A stretch of DNA of 64,000 nucleotides from the human T2T-CHM13v2.0 reference genome, Homo sapiens (GCF_009914755.1 NC_060930.1); one strand, 5' to 3'. Positions 1-21,755 are shown, counted from the first letter of the stretch. Numbers and translations are program-made. Notes: generated by a model from the sequence alone, not told the origin.

Positions 1-211
1 AATTGGGGCCCTAAGGAACATAGGACAGCAAAGTGTTGACAAGGGAAAATTCCAGGGCAGAGGCGTGACGGGGAGAGGGCGCAGGTCTAGCAGCTGACAA
101 GACACTTAGATTTATCCATCCAGGAGTCCAAAACTCGCATAGGGTCTGAGTCTATCAATATGAGGGTTTAAGTAGAACACTAGTTAATTTGCCATGTATA
201 GTCTCCTGAAA

Positions 212-398
212 CAGTGCTTCCCAGCTCCTAGCTGCATCAGAATCACCTGGAAGGCTTGCTGAAACCGACCAGGCCTGACTCCCCCAGTCTCTGATTCAGT
301 AAGTCTCGGGTGAGACCTGAGGATCCGCATCTGTTACAAACTCCCAGGTGCCCATGATGATTGATGTTGGCCTTTCCACCACTGTTTGAGTGACACTG
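212..398. mobile_element. MER5A-like hAT MITE
   Basis: CAGTG...CACTG termini with GCTGCATCAGAATCACCTGG and CTGATTCAGTAAGTCT motifs. Confidence 0.7.
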
Positions 399-626
399 TC
401 CCCAAGAAAATGGCACGGGGACCAAGATAGAGACTACAAATGACCGCTAGGATCAGCGGCAAACTGTATGACTTGCTTTAAGATTTTGTTCTGACAATTC
501 TAGGCAGTCGTTCGATTCAAACACATTGTAAAGAAAAATAAGACCAGATCTAGGAGGTGATTTCCACACCTCTAGAAAGAAGGAAAATCATCATGCTAGA
601 GCGTCTGAGTAAGCTCCAGGTCAAGG

Positions 627-850
<224 letters not shown>

Positions 851-1470
851 TGAGCTGCCCTTGGATGGGAGGAAAGGCAGGGCAGAAAGCCCCTTTCTTC
901 ATCCTGACTAATCTCCAGTGAACTAAGGGGCACTTTTGGAAATATTTGCAGAGTGCCCGTGCTGTGGATAGGTCTCTGCCTGTGCCCTATGCATCGTGGA
1001 AGTGGCTGTGTGGCTGCCTCCCAGGCCCTGGGTGAGCGGGGGAGCGCCTGGAGGCCGTGCACACTGTGCTCAGGAGTGCAGGCTCCACACCCAGGCCACC
1101 CTTCAACCCCAGCTTTGGACTTGCCAATGCTGTGGCTTCAAGTGTGGGCCTTAACTGCTGCCCAATGAGAGAATAATATGCCCCTCATGGGGACAAATGC
1201 AGCGAGAGTCAATGGGACGTTTTCTATAAAGCAGTAGCTCCTGTTTTGAGGCAGGGAAGCTAGTGCATAGAGGAAAATGTTATTTCTGGCTAGCAAAGCA
1301 GGGTCTGTGGGATTGCATCCTAGCAATCCTCATCTTGACCTAGAACCTGCCCCTATGCAGCTCCCTGCACTGAGGTGTGCCAAGGTTTTGCTTTTTCTGA
1401 GTCTATTAATGTTTCCATGGTTGAAATACCACTCTCTGATTAGCTCAATAAGTCATTTTAAAAACAGCAA

Positions 1471-2442
1471 TTTTTTTTTATTATACTTTAAGTTTTAGGG
1501 TACATGTGCACAACGTGCAGGTTTGTTACATATGTATACATGTACCATGTTGGTGTGCTGCACCCATTAACTCGTCATTTAGCATTAGGAATATCTCCTA
1601 ATACTATCCCTCCCCCCTCCCCCCACCCCACAACAGTCCCTGGTGTGTGATGTTCCCCTTCCTGTGTCCAAATGTTCTCATTGTTCAATTCCCACCTATG
1701 AGTGAGAACATGCGGTGTTTGGTTTTTTTGTCCTTGCGATAGTTTGCTGAGAATGATGGTTTCCAGCTTCATCCATGTCCCTCATGAACTCATCCTTTTT
1801 AATGGCTGCATAGTATTCCATGGTGTATATGTGCCACATTTTCTTCATCCAGTCTATCATTGATGGACATTTGGGTTGGTTCCAAGTCTTTGCTATTGTG
1901 AATAGTGCCACAATAAACATACGTGTACATGTGTCTTTATAGCAGTATGATTTATAATCCTTTGGGTATATACCCAGTAATGGGATGGCTGGGTCAAATG
2001 GTATTTCTAGTTCTAGATCCTTGAGGAATCGCCACACTGTCTTCCACAATGGTTGAACTAGTTTACAGTTCCGCCAACAGTGTAAAAGTGTTCCTATTTC
2101 TCCACATCCTCTCCAGCACCTGTTGTTTCCTGACTTTTTAATGATCGCCATTCTGACTGGTGTGAGATGGAATCTCATTGTGGTTTTGATTTGCATTTCT
2201 CTGATGGCCAGTGATGATGAGCATTTGTTCATGTGTCTGTTGGCTGCATAAAATGTCTTCTTTTGAGAAGTGTCTGTTCATATCCTTCGCCCACTTTTTG
2301 ATGGGGTTGTTTGTTTTTTTCTTGTAAATTTGTTTGAGTTCATTGTAGATTCTGGATATAAGCCCTTTGTCAGATGAGTAGGTTGCAAAAATTTTCTCCC
2401 ATTCTGTAGGTTGCCTGTTCACTCTGATGGTGGTTTCTTTTG
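1471..2442 (-). mobile_element. 5'-truncated L1PA (L1PA4/5-like), 3'UTR plus ORF2 C-terminus
   Basis: Poly(T) followed by ATTATACTTTAAGTTTTAGGGTACATGTGCAC 3' end. ORF 1696..2232 encodes the ORF2 C-terminal Cys-rich region ([15 protein letters not shown]). Confidence 0.92.
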
Positions 2443-2454
2443 AAAAACAGCAAA

Positions 2455-6542
<4,088 letters not shown>

Positions 6543-6634
6543 AAAAACAGCAAATTTTACCTCAATTAACAAATCTTCTGGTGATGAGGTTCATTTATAC
6601 AGTAATTAGTGGACATTAAAATAAAGGAAGTGGC

Positions 6635-7340
6635 TTCCTTGCTGGGCTCGGAGGTGGTGTATTAATCTGTTTTCATGTTACTGATAAAGACATACCCGAG
6701 ACCGGGCAATTTACAAAAGAAGAGGTTTAATCAGACTCACAGTTCTACATGGCTGGGGAGGCCTCACAATCATGGCAGAAGGCAAGAAGGAGCAAGTAAC
6801 ATCTTACATGGATGGCAGCAGGCAAAGAGAGCTTGTGTGGAGAAACGCCTGTTTTAAAAACCATCAGATCTCATGAGACTCATTCACTATTGCAACAACA
6901 GCGCAGTAAAGGCCTGCCCCCATAATTCAATCACCTCCCACTGGGTTCCTCCCACGACATGTGGGAATTGTGGGAGTTACAATTCAAGACGAGATTTGGG
7001 TGGGGACACAGCCAAACCATATCAGGTGGCTGGCAGAGACATGGCTAAATGCACCAAGAAGGTAGGAGTCATCAGTAAATATGGGACCCAATATGGTGCC
7101 TTTCTCAGGAAAATGAAGAAAATTGGAATCAGCCTGCAAGTAACATTTTGCTCCTTCTGTGGCAAAACCAAAATGAAGGGGTGATGTGGCACTGTGGCTC
7201 CAGCATGAAAATTGTAGCAGTGGTGCCTGGACTTACAACCCCAAAGTAAAGTCAGCTATCAGAAGACTGAAGGAATTGGAAGACTAGTAGAGGCTCCATT
7301 TCAAACATTACTGGCCTGTAATAAATAGGTTAACTTATGT
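6635..7340 (+). pseudogene. RPL37A processed pseudogene, 5'UTR interrupted by a THE1 LTR
   Basis: From ATG 7041: [46 protein letters not shown], then disrupted WHCGSSMK..GAWTYN..VKSAIRRLKEL, matching RPL37A. Intronless, with a premature stop and deletions, AATAAA at 7320-7325, and a pyrimidine (TOP-like) 5' end CTTCCTTGCTGGGCTCGG at ~6635. Confidence 0.9.
6658..7024 (-). mobile_element. THE1 solo LTR (ERVL-MaLR)
   Basis: TGTATTAATCTG...GCCAAACCATATCA termini with a perfect 5-bp TSD GGTGG (6653-6657, 7025-7029). Confidence 0.9.
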
Positions 7341-8084
7341 GATTGTTTTTAAGGGATCATGTGACCCAGCACTGCCTTCCTTGGGCCAGGATGCCCCAGG
7401 GCACAGCTTCTTCTGCCTTGGGTCCACTGAAGGTGAACACAGCAACTCCCCAAAGCTGTGCCTCCCAGGTCCTTCTTCTGTCACAGACTCTCCACTTTCC
7501 AAACCCTCCTTCCTCTCTTGAAGGAGGGAGCCTCCAGTCCCCGCCAGCCATGTAGTCTTTGGCTCTATGAAAGGATAAGGTAACCAACTTATTTACACAA
7601 AGTGCTACCTAGCCAATCTTCTGGCTTCTATCTTTAACTGGAATGTGTCTTTTATCATCAATTGCTTAAAGGAGTTTCAGGCCTCAGTAGGAAAAGCTGG
7701 AGATGTTCCATTTTCAGGACAAGGGCTCTGGGTCAGTGAGTGCACCTGGAATTGTCCCAGGCCTATCTGCTGATGTTGGGGTTTTTAGGGAACCCTGGGG
7801 TAGGGAGCCAGAAGCCTAATGGTTCCCTGCTTCTTCCAACGGGGGTAACCAAGCAGGATTGGGCCTGGTACCAAAAGAGCCTGTGGGAGGAGGAACTCCT
7901 GCCTTTTTTTTGCCAGTCGTTCATATTCACTTCCCTACCTAAAGACAGATCCATCTGCTTCCTGTCTCCTTAAATGAGTCCTTGCCTTGCCTGTCCTTGA
8001 CCCCAAGACTCTTAGCTACATGTATTATCATACCACAGTATTTTAAATCATGTTTAATCATTTCTTGGTACCAAACTTCCTGGC

Positions 8085-8757
8085 TGATATGGTCTGGATA
8101 TTTGTCCCATCCAAGTCTCATGTTGAAATGTGATCCCCAGTGTGGGAGGTGGGGCCTAGTGAGGGGTGTTTGGGTCACGGGGGTGGATCCCTCATGAATG
8201 GCTTGGTGCCCTCCCAATGGTAACAAGTTTATGGGAGATCTAATTGTTAAAACAATCTCAGCACTTTGGGAGGCTGAGGTGGGCAGATCACCTGAGGTCA
8301 GGAGTTCAAGACCAGCCTGGTCAACATGGTGAAACCCCATCTCTACTAAAAATACAAAAATTAGCTGGGCGTGGTGGTGCATGCCTGTAATCTCAGCTAC
8401 TTGAGAGGCTGAGGCAGGAGAATCATTTGAACCCTGGAGGCAGAGGTTTCAGTGAGCTGAGATCGGGCCATCACTGCACTCTATCCTGGGTGCCACAGCA
8501 ACTCTGTCTCAAAAAAAAAAAAAGAGTCTGGGACCTCACCCTTCTCTCTATTGCTTCTTTTCTCACCATGTGACGCATCTGCTCCCCCTTCACCCACTGC
8601 CATGAGTAAAAGCTCCCTGAGGTCTCACCAGAAGCTGAGCAGATGCTGGTGGCATGCTTGTACCGCCTGCAGAACCATGAGCCAAATAAACCTCTTTTCT
8701 TTATAAATTACCCAGCCTCAGGTATTCCTTTATAGCAATGCAGAATGGACTAATACG
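8085..8757 (+). mobile_element. MST-type solo LTR (MaLR) interrupted by an Alu
   Basis: TGATATGGTCTGG...GGACTAATAC termini, TSD CTGGC (8080-8084, 8758-8762), typical CCAAATAAACCTCTTTTCTTTATAAATTACCCAG. Confidence 0.85.
8254..8523 (+). mobile_element. AluS, slightly 5'-truncated, inside the MST LTR
   Basis: Alu consensus body plus poly(A). Confidence 0.9.
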
Positions 8758-8796
8758 CTGGCCTTATTTCCTATCTCTTACCTCCCCTCTAACCCT

Positions 8797-9172
<376 letters not shown>

Positions 9173-9769
9173 ACCCTCTGTTATTTTTACCTCTACTAAT
9201 AAAATGTCTGCCAAGGAAATGTGTCATTGAAATCATCCTTTTTGACTTTGTAGGAAAGCCATCGCAGGCATTTTGAGACATAAAATGCAGCATCAGTAAC
9301 ATAACCAGAGCAAAAGGTCTGACTTAAGCATAAGAACTCGAAAGAGAATCAGAAACATATTGTTTCCTTAACTTTAAACTCTGAAGAAGTCAAGGAAGCA
9401 ATTTAATTTGAGGGCTATTTCTGTCAGGGAATTTGGTAGTGTCAGAAAAGCTGCAAGTCTGAGGGAAAATTCAGTAAAATAAAAGGAAGCTTGTTGTGTA
9501 ACAATACTATTAAATTGTCAGCACGCTTCTTGAAGGTGGACCCAGGCAGTCCAGATGAAAGCAGGGAGGTTAAAATGTCACATTGCTCTGCTAAAGGGAA
9601 CTGCCCTCCCAAACGTGCTACTTGACTTCTGGTTACTTCTCTCCATAATTCAAGTTATTTATGGACTTTGTAGAATCAAAACAAGGCCACGATGGCCCAA
9701 TAATAGACTGGCTCATTTTCAGTTTGCAGGAATGTAAGTTGGGACTTAGACTTTTCATTTGATTTCTTG

Positions 9770-10149
9770 TTTTTATTTTAATTCTTTCTTTTCTTTTCTT
9801 TTTTTCCTTTGTGTTTTTTTGTTTTGTTTTGTTTGTTTTGTTTTGTTTCGTTTTCTGAAACAGGGTCTTGCTCTTTTGCCCAGGCTGGAGTGTGGTGGCG
9901 TGATTGTAGCTCACTGTAGCTGCCACTGCAGCCTCAACCTCTGGGTTCAAGCCATCCTCCCAGCTCAGCCTTTTGAATAGCTGGGACTATAGGCATGTGC
10001 CACCACACCCAGCTAATTTAAAAAATTTTTTGCAGAGATGAGGTCTCCCTGTGTTGCTTAGGCTGGTCTTGAACACCTAGGCTCAAGCCATCCTCCCACT
10101 TCGGCCTCCCAAAATGTTGAGATTACAGGTATGAGCCACCATGTCTGGC
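9770..10149 (-). mobile_element. AluJ with (GTTTT)-type tail
   Basis: Alu body ~9857-10149 with AluJ diagnostics. Confidence 0.85.
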
Positions 10150-10238
10150 TTTCATTTCATTTCTTTTTTAAAAAAGAGTGTAATGATTAGTTCAAATCCT
10201 AATCTGGAACCACGTGGTGTCTAAATAAAATTAAATAA

Positions 10239-10946
<708 letters not shown>

Positions 10947-11201
10947 TGAGTGCTTGAGCAGATATAACACTCAGTAAATGTATGTTGATTGACGGCAGGT
11001 CACAAAAAATATTTTTATAAGGATATTATTAAGAGATTTGTGCTCAAACCATTCGTGGAAGTTGTCTGTGCAAATTGTTTAAGCTGTTAGGGATAGGAAT
11101 TCTGTAGCCTAACCAAGTGAGCCTACTTTTTAATTTAACCGTGTTTCAGGACAAAACTTTCATTATTTTGGCAAACCAAAGTTGATTTTTCTGCAATATT
11201 A

Positions 11202-11733
<532 letters not shown>

Positions 11734-13117
11734 CTACCAAACAGCTTCAGTTCTTCTTGTCAGATAAAGATGCATACTCAGGCTGTTAAAAGACCATTTG
11801 AGGAGGTCTTCCTTATTTATTTCCCCTACCTTACTCCCAAAAGGATTTGAGTTGGCTTTATACAAATGCACACAATATATCAAACTAAAACAGACAAAGA
11901 GGGCAAGGGGAAGATAAAAGTGGAATAGTAAGATAAAGACAACAGTGAAGTTAGTTCATGGAAATGAAGAAGTTCATGGAGCTTCTAAATTTGGCTCTGA
12001 GCCTCCTGGGCACCAAGTCAAAGAAGGGAACACATTGGCTACACATTTCACAGAGTGTTTAAAATCAAAACCTAGTTCCCTAGCACCTGTGTGCCAGAGA
12101 CTGCACCCCACCTCTCAGCGGCGGTTCTCTTTATTTAGGGTCGGTTATCTGGTGCCTGCCGAGGTGGGCCACATGTGTTTGAAACCGTAGAGTAGCAGGG
12201 GAACCCTCAGTTAAGCCTGTGGTCCATCTGCCTTTAAGCACAATGCCTATTCTTGACATAAGTCAACCTAGCAAGGCTGGCTTCAAGAAAGAACTCATTC
12301 CCCAGGGCAGCATCACATGCAAGATCTTCAGCAGTGGTCATGGTAGTGAGAGTTGCCACCAACAATGACCTTAGAAAAGTCAAAAGTGGAAAAACAGTCT
12401 TTAACCTCTTCTTGGCAATTGACATCTTCCTTGTTTCTGCCCCCCAAGAAACCATGATACTCTCTGGTACTGAAAGCCCCACCCTGCTTCCCCCAGAATC
12501 CTCTGCCTAGTGGCCCTGGCTCCACATTGCTTTTCTTCTTCCCCACATCTTCCCAAAGAAGATGACACATTTCTCTCTCAGATAGCTATTGGGAGGAAAC
12601 CCATGTAAGTAAAATCATTAATACAATCATGTGCATGACCGATATATAAGCCTCCCAGGAATGGATTTTATTTTTTGAGAATAGCTTTTTAACCCACTTA
12701 AAACTCTAATTAACTGACTAGAGGATTGATTGAGTAATAGATTGTGGGTGTGGGTAGCACAGAGCCAGAGACTTTTTAACAATGGCACTTCCTCTGGTGT
12801 CTCTTGAATGCCTTTAACGACCACTTTGTCATCCATCAAAGGCCAAGGATCTAGCAATTTGACATTGAACTTCTAAAAATTTACAACCATTGCCCTGATG
12901 GTATGTGCAACAGACTGGAGTCACTTAAACCAGTTATCTCTCTAAACCTCAACCTTAATTCATTAAGGGGAGTAACAATAGAAGTTACTTGAGGAAATTT
13001 GGATATGAAAGTCATTGGCATATACTTTCTCTTCCCTTTTTTCTATCATTCATCCTCCTTCCTTTACACTCTTGTTAAATGTAACAACCGGTTTCATGCT
13101 TGAAATCGAACCTCCTT

Positions 13118-13429
<312 letters not shown>

Positions 13430-13637
13430 TTAAAAGCACTTTTCGTCCCACCCTGCCTGCAGTTGCTCTGTTTCTGGACAGTATAGAGCATTGTCTCATA
13501 TATTACTCTACTGTCCACCTTCCATACAAATCTTTCCCATTGGTGTTGTCTCATAATTAAGGCTATCAGCCTGCTGGTAGGCTGGTTTTGCCAAGAAGTT
13601 AGATGTGGGGTACTCACTGCTTATTGCTCAAGAGTTA

Positions 13638-13695
13638 TTAGGTTGGTGCCATTAAAAGTAATGGCAAAACCACAATTACTTTTGCACCAACTTAA
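13638..13695. mobile_element. MADE1 (Hsmar1-derived MITE), one arm partly deleted
   Basis: TA-TTAGGTTGGTGC..ATTAAAAGTAATGGCAAAACCACAATTACTTTTGCACCAACTTAA-TA. Confidence 0.85.
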
Positions 13696-14254
13696 TACAT
13701 GGCACGTGCCACCTGCTCCATACTGCTTTGTCCTACATCACCTTGCCAATGGGAATAGAATTGTCAGCAGCATTCATCAAGGGGAAACACCTTGTGATTA
13801 TTTAAATCGGTTCTATATACTTTGTGTATTAAGGCCCAAATTATGCTTTACTTTCTCTTATGTACAGTTGGGTTTCAGAGTTGAGCATTTGGGTAATTTT
13901 GAGCTTCTCAATAAATAATTTCCAAATTTTGAATATATTTTAAAATAATATACAATAGTGACAGAGTGCTTTGGTTGGACAAACCCTCCCAAACAATAAT
14001 TATGATATCTGGGAAACATTTTTTATAAAAATGATTATGAGAAAGTTGTGAAAAATAACCAAAAGCTTTGAGAAATTAGATAGGAATCTGCTGTGGTAAG
14101 ACTCACTCATTTGCAGCAGCTTTTTGCTTTCGCTCACTTCCCAATCTGTGCACAGTTTAAGGACAGCAGAAATTCACACCGTCACTGGGTTGACTAGTCA
14201 GATGCAAACAACACATTTTATGCAGGAGAAGAACAATACATATAACACCTTCTA

Positions 14255-14629
<375 letters not shown>

Positions 14630-15542
14630 TCACTGGAGAATTCTATCCAACATTTAACAAAGTAATAATACCAGCTTTAGACAAAATCCTTTAGAAAATA
14701 GAGAAAGGAGAAATATTTCACATCTATTAGCAGGCCAGTAAAACCCTGATACCAAAATCAGACAAAAGCATTAAATGAAAAGAAAATTAAAGATCACTAT
14801 ATGTCATGAACATGACACAATAATTCTGAACAAAATGATACATCATGATAAAGCAGGTTTGCTCCAAGAATGCAAGGTTGGTTTAATATTTAAAAATCAA
14901 ACAAATGCATTCCTCCCAAATAACAGAATAACAACACAGATTATCACAGTAGACGCAGAAAAAGCATTTGACAGAACTTGACACTCATTCATAGTTAAAA
15001 AAAAATAACCTCTGAAAACTTGGAACAGAAGAGAACTTCCTCAATCCGATAAAGGGCACTTATAAAAAATTTACAACTAATACCTATATCTATTGTTGTA
15101 AAGATAAATACCTTAAGATTAGGGAATATCTGCTCTCACCATTTTTAGTCAATATATACTGGAGGTGTTAGCCATTGTTATAATTGTTGTAAGGCAAGAA
15201 AAACAAAATAAAAATTAGAAAAATTAGAAACGAAGTAAAACTCTCCCTATTTGCAGATGTCATGATTGTTTACTTAGAAAAACCCAGGGAATCAACAATA
15301 ATAACAGCAAAAATCTAAAACTAGCAAATGAATTCAGCAAGACCTCAAGATACAAAATCTATAAAGATATATAAGCATAAAAATGTATATTTCTGTATAC
15401 TAGCAGGAAATAATTAGAAAATAACATAATAGCCCCAAATAATTTTATTTATAACAGCAACAAATTATAAACTACTTAGGACTAAATTTAATGAAAGATC
15501 TCTACATGAATGTAAAACCTCTACACTGAAAACTATAAAATA

Positions 15543-15856
15543 GGCCAGGCACAGTGGCTCAAGCCTGTAATCCCAGCACTTTGGGAGGCCGACGCAGGCA
15601 GATCACGAGGTCAGGAGATCAAGACCATCCTGGCTAACACAGTGAAACCCCATCTCTACTAAAAATACAAAAAAATTAGCCGGGCATGGTGGCAGGCACC
15701 TGTAGTCTCAGCTACTCGGGAGGCTGAGGCAGGAGGATGTCGTCAACCCAGGAGGCAGAGCTTGCAGTGAGCTGAGATCACGCCACTGCACTCCAGCCTG
15801 GGCGACAGAGCAAGACTCCGTCTCAGGAAAAAAAAAAAAAGAAAAGAAAAAAGAAA
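15543..15856 (+). mobile_element. AluY inside L1M
   Basis: Full dimer, TSD AAAACTATAAAATA. Confidence 0.92.
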
Positions 15857-16042
15857 ACTATAAAATATTGCTGAAGGAAATTAAGGAACTCCTAAATGAA
15901 TGGTGAGTTATACTATGTTTATATACAGGGTGACTTAATACTTTTAAGATGTTAATTCTCCCACATTCTCAAATGCACATAAAAATGCAAAAGACCTAAA
16001 ATAGCCAAAACATTACTGAATAAGAACAAAGGGCTTACCTAC

Positions 16043-16903
16043 TGTGGCAGGCTGAATAATGGCTCCCTAAAGATGTTCATGTCCTAATACCCAGAACCTG
16101 TGAATATGTTACATTAATAGGCAAAAGACATTTTGCAGATGCATTAAGAAGCTTAAGATACAAGAATACCCTGGGAACATGCTAGATTACTTGGGTAGGA
16201 CAAATTCAAGGGTCTTTATAAGAGAGAAGCACTAAGATTAGAGTCAGAGATGGAAATAAGATGACAGAAGCAGAGCTTGGAATGATGTAGTCACAAGCCA
16301 AGGAGTGCAGGCAAACTTTAGAAACTGAAAGAGGCAAGTAAAGGATTCCTTCTGGAGCCTCAAGAAGGAACTAGTCCTGCCAACACCTTGGTTTTTGCCC
16401 CTAACACTCACCTCAGACTTCTGACCTCCAGAACCTTAAGTGAATATATTGGTATTGTTTTAAGTCACAAAGTTTGTAGTAATTTGTACTAGCAAGTTAG
16501 AATATTGATATGGCTTTGATTTGTGTCCCCACCCAAATCCTATGTTGAATTGTAATCCCCAGTGCTGGAGGAGGGGCCTGCTGACTGGACCATGGTGGTG
16601 GATTTCCAGTGGTTGGGCATCATGCCCCAGTGCTGTCTCATGATAGAGTTCTCACGAGATCTGGTTGTTTAAAAGTGTGTGGCACCTTCCCCCCATCTCT
16701 TCTCTTCCTCTTGCTCCAGCCATGTAAGATGTGCTTGTTGCCCCTTCTGCCATGATTGTAAGTTTCCTGAGGCCTCCCCAGTCATGCTTCCTGTACAGCC
16801 CACAGAATTGTGAGCCAATTAAACCTCTTCTCTTTATAAATGACCCAGTCTCAGGTATTTCTTTATAGCAGTGTGAGAACAGACTAATACAGAAACTAAC
16901 TTA
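16043..16903 (+). mobile_element. MLT1C/D-like LTR containing a nested MSTA-like LTR
   Basis: TGTGGCAGGCTGAATAATGGCTCCCTAAAGATG start and CTTCTGACCTCCAGAAC motif. Degenerate TSD CCTAC/TCTAC. Confidence 0.7.
16506..16891 (+). mobile_element. MSTA-like solo LTR
   Basis: TGATATGGCTTTG..TGTGTCCCCACCCAAATC start and AGACTAATACA end. Confidence 0.85.
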
Positions 16904-18318
16904 TCTACCATATAAGACATATACTCTAATAGTAATATAGACAGTGTGGTATTGGCATAGAGATAGTCATATCAATCAATGAAAAATAATAGAATCCAGA
17001 AATAGAGCCTCACAAGTACGGTCTATTGACGTTTCACAAAGGTGCCAAAGAAATTAATGGGGAAAAAAGTATTTTCAAAATGATGGTGGGACAACTGGAT
17101 ATCCACATTTAAGAAATAAACCCTGACCTCAGATAATACACAAAAATTATTTTGAGATGAATTATAGATATAAACATAAAGGCAAAAACTACGAAGTATG
17201 TACAAGAAAACACAGGAAAATATCTTTACATCTTTGGAGTTGGCAAAAAATTACTCAGACAGGATAAAGAAAGTGAAAACCACAAAAAAATTAACAAATT
17301 AGTCTTCACCAAAATTAAGATATTCTGCCTGTCAAAAGACACGATTAAGAAAACAAATAGACAAACCACAGACTAAAAAATATTCATAAAACATGTATCT
17401 GACAAAGATCTTGTATCAGAATATATAAAAGAACTCCTAAAACGCAATAATAAAAAAAGAACAGCCCAATCTTTTAAAAGGGAAAAATGTTTGAACGGAC
17501 ACTTCACAAATGAAAATATACACACATAACTAATAGCATATGACAAGGCAATCAGCCTCATTACTCACCAGGGATATGCAAATGAAAAGAGCAATGAGAT
17601 GCTACTATATATCCACCAGGGTGGCTAAAATCTAAAAGGCAGATAAAGCATGTTAGCAAGGATGTGGAGTAACTGGGATTTTCATATGTTGATGTATAAT
17701 GTGGAAGGTATATGTTGGACTATAAAATGGTTCAACCACTTTGGAAAATGGTCTGACAGTGCCTTATGCAGAGCACAGAGTTACACTTTGACTTAGAAAT
17801 TCCATTCCTAAGTATTTATTGAAAAGAAATGAAAACGTGTCCTCAAAAAGGCTTGTACAGAAATGTTCATAGCAGCTTTTCTTCACAACAACCAAAAGCT
17901 GGAAGCAACTCAATATCCATCAACCAGAGGATAGATAAGCAAAATGCAATATTTGCTTATCTAGTCCATTGTATTCTATAACGGAATACAACTCAGCAGT
18001 GATAAAGGAGGAACTACTCAACAGCACCGACAAACCTCACAAATATTATGCTAAGTGAAATTAGATTCAAAAAGTACACAGAGAGTTCCATTTTGGTGAA
18101 GTTCTAGAACAGGCAAAAATAATCAAGGTGAGAAAATGAAAGCAGTGACTTCCTCTGAATGGGGGACGACACGGAGAAGACATGAAGAGACTTTCTGGGG
18201 AAACAGAAATGTACTCTATTGTAATGGGGTGTAGGTTACATGTCAGTATTCATTTGTCAGAATTGTACAGTTAAGATTTGTGCACCCTCTTGGGTAGAAA
18301 TTTTACCAAAAGGACTAA

Positions 18319-18913
<595 letters not shown>

Positions 18914-19097
18914 TAAAAATTATAATAACTGGATGTAAATGTGGGAGGGGAAAGGGGAGAGATATAGATCAAACAAGAATGGCAGAATATTGATAATTGT
19001 TGAGACTGAGGGTTGGCTAATAGGAGCTTATTCTACCCTTGTCCACTTTGTATGCACTGAAAATTTTTCCTAATAAATTTGTTTTAATAGTGATGTA

Positions 19098-19380
<283 letters not shown>

Positions 19381-19730
19381 CTACTATAAGACCCACTGAA
19401 CATTATCTAGTATTTCTAATTAGCTGGAGGTTTAAAATGAGAAATTAAATGGCTTACACCATGAATGTGTCTCTCTTCTTTGATCATTTTCATTTGTTTC
19501 AATGTTCAAAAACAGAATAGAAGTCATTACTGCAATGTGGTCTTGAGCTTTACAACTAACATTTCTTCAGAGAATAGACAAAAGAATTTTGGTTTTACTT
19601 GAAAATTCACAAGCAAATTGTGAATTCACTTTAGCAAATTGTATGAGAATATGTTTAGTAAACTCAAAATATTAAACTGTCTAACTTAAAAAAGTTCTAC
19701 TAAATATAATACTTAAAAGTTTAAGACGGA

Positions 19731-20034
19731 TGGCTGGTTGCAGTGGCTCATGCCTGTAATTCCAGCACTCTGGGAGGCCAAGGTGGGCAGATTGCTTGAG
19801 TCTAGGAATTTGAGACCAGTCTGGGCAACATAGCGAAACCCCATCTCTACTAAAAATACAAAAAATTAGCTGGATGTGGGGGCGCATGCCTGCAGTCCCA
19901 GCAACTCAGGAGGCTGAGGTGCGAGAATCACCTGAGCCCAGGAGGTCAAGGCTGCAGTGAGCCAAGATTGTGCCACTGCACTCCAGCCTAGGCAACTGGA
20001 GTGAGACCCTGTCTTGGAAAAAAAAAAAAAAAAA
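19731..20034 (+). mobile_element. AluJ
   Basis: Full dimer with poly(A). Confidence 0.88.
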
Positions 20035-21321
20035 GTGTTTAAGATGGAAATTTTATGTGTATTTTATCACAGTTTTAAAAAATTATGTAAGTTTAAAAAA
20101 ATCCAAGTGAAGGATGAAATGATTTTTTTCTTCCACATCCCCAATATTTATTTTTCTTGCTTTTTGAGGTCACACAGTATTCACTATTACAGTTCCTAGA
20201 AATAAAATACTTGGAAAAATATTTCATATAATTGTCCTCAAGTTCCCAAGAAGCAAAGATCTGGGATGCCAATATTCCCTTAAATTTTAAAACAAATGTT
20301 CCATGAACAGTTGATTCATCTGTAAACTTCTTCATGAGTTTAATTTTAGCGGCTTGCTTTATATCAGCCTTTTTATTTCATAACTTAAACACCCCAATTT
20401 TGATAGGGGAACAAGAAGAATAAATAGGATGGGTTACACGTATAAAGAACACTACAGTATAAATTCACTAAAACAGTCTTTAGAGAAAGAGGTAGAATTG
20501 TAAAACTGGACTTTCATAAGGTTCTGATTTGGATTTTCTTCAAGTGTATACGCTTTTGTGCTGCAATGTCTCTAGCTGAGCTATTGGGGAGGTTTTGTAA
20601 TCTGTTTTCCGAGAACATGGTGGTTTTAGAAACAGAACAGATATTCCTCCAGGGCAGCTTTGGGCAACCAGGCAGCTGGAACAACTTGGCAGTCTTGGCC
20701 AGATACCAGGGCTAGAGCGGGAGTTTCTGGGATGAATGAACAGCCCCCACTGTTTTCTATCCTTGAATCACTTGGTTGGAGACGAAAAGTCTTGAGAGAA
20801 AGGGTCTGATTGACTGAGCTTAGGTGTGAGCCTGCTTTTGGCTGCTCGGGGTGACAGGAAGTATCTGCCAGAAAGAACCTTCAGGAACCCCTTCAGCCTT
20901 CTTGGTGGCAGGTCAGATTGTTTCCATTTACTGAACATAATGGAGGAAAGGAAATTCCACAAAATGAAATCGGCTGCTATTGTAGAGGAAGAATGAATGC
21001 TGAGTCCACTTCTGAGAGGGACAGTTGTCCAGAAGGGACTTTCTGAATATGGCCACGCTTTACATCCATTTTATTTTCATGGATACACATCCACAGGCTG
21101 CTCAGGTCCAAGGAGATGGCCACGCCTTATGTTCCTATCTATCACAATCATTTTTACAGGGCTGGACACGGAAGTAGATCACGATGCTTTGGGCGGCAAG
21201 TAACAGGAAAACTTCAACTTAACTGGCCTAATCATCACAGAAATGTAATCTATGTTCTGGTGAAGGTGGAGGAGTAATTCTGAGATGGAATTCTGAGATG
21301 GAACAAACACAGGGTGGTTGA

Positions 21322-21755
<434 letters not shown>

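Noticed and set aside
13638-13695. miR-548-like hairpin from MADE1
   Set aside because: The left inverted repeat is largely deleted, so the long stem needed for a miR-548-type precursor is missing.
21277-21303. Small tandem duplications (AATTCTGAGATGG x2; similar at ~47151-47196, ~51260-51283, ~62212-62231)
   Set aside because: Ordinary replication-slippage duplications with no sign of function.
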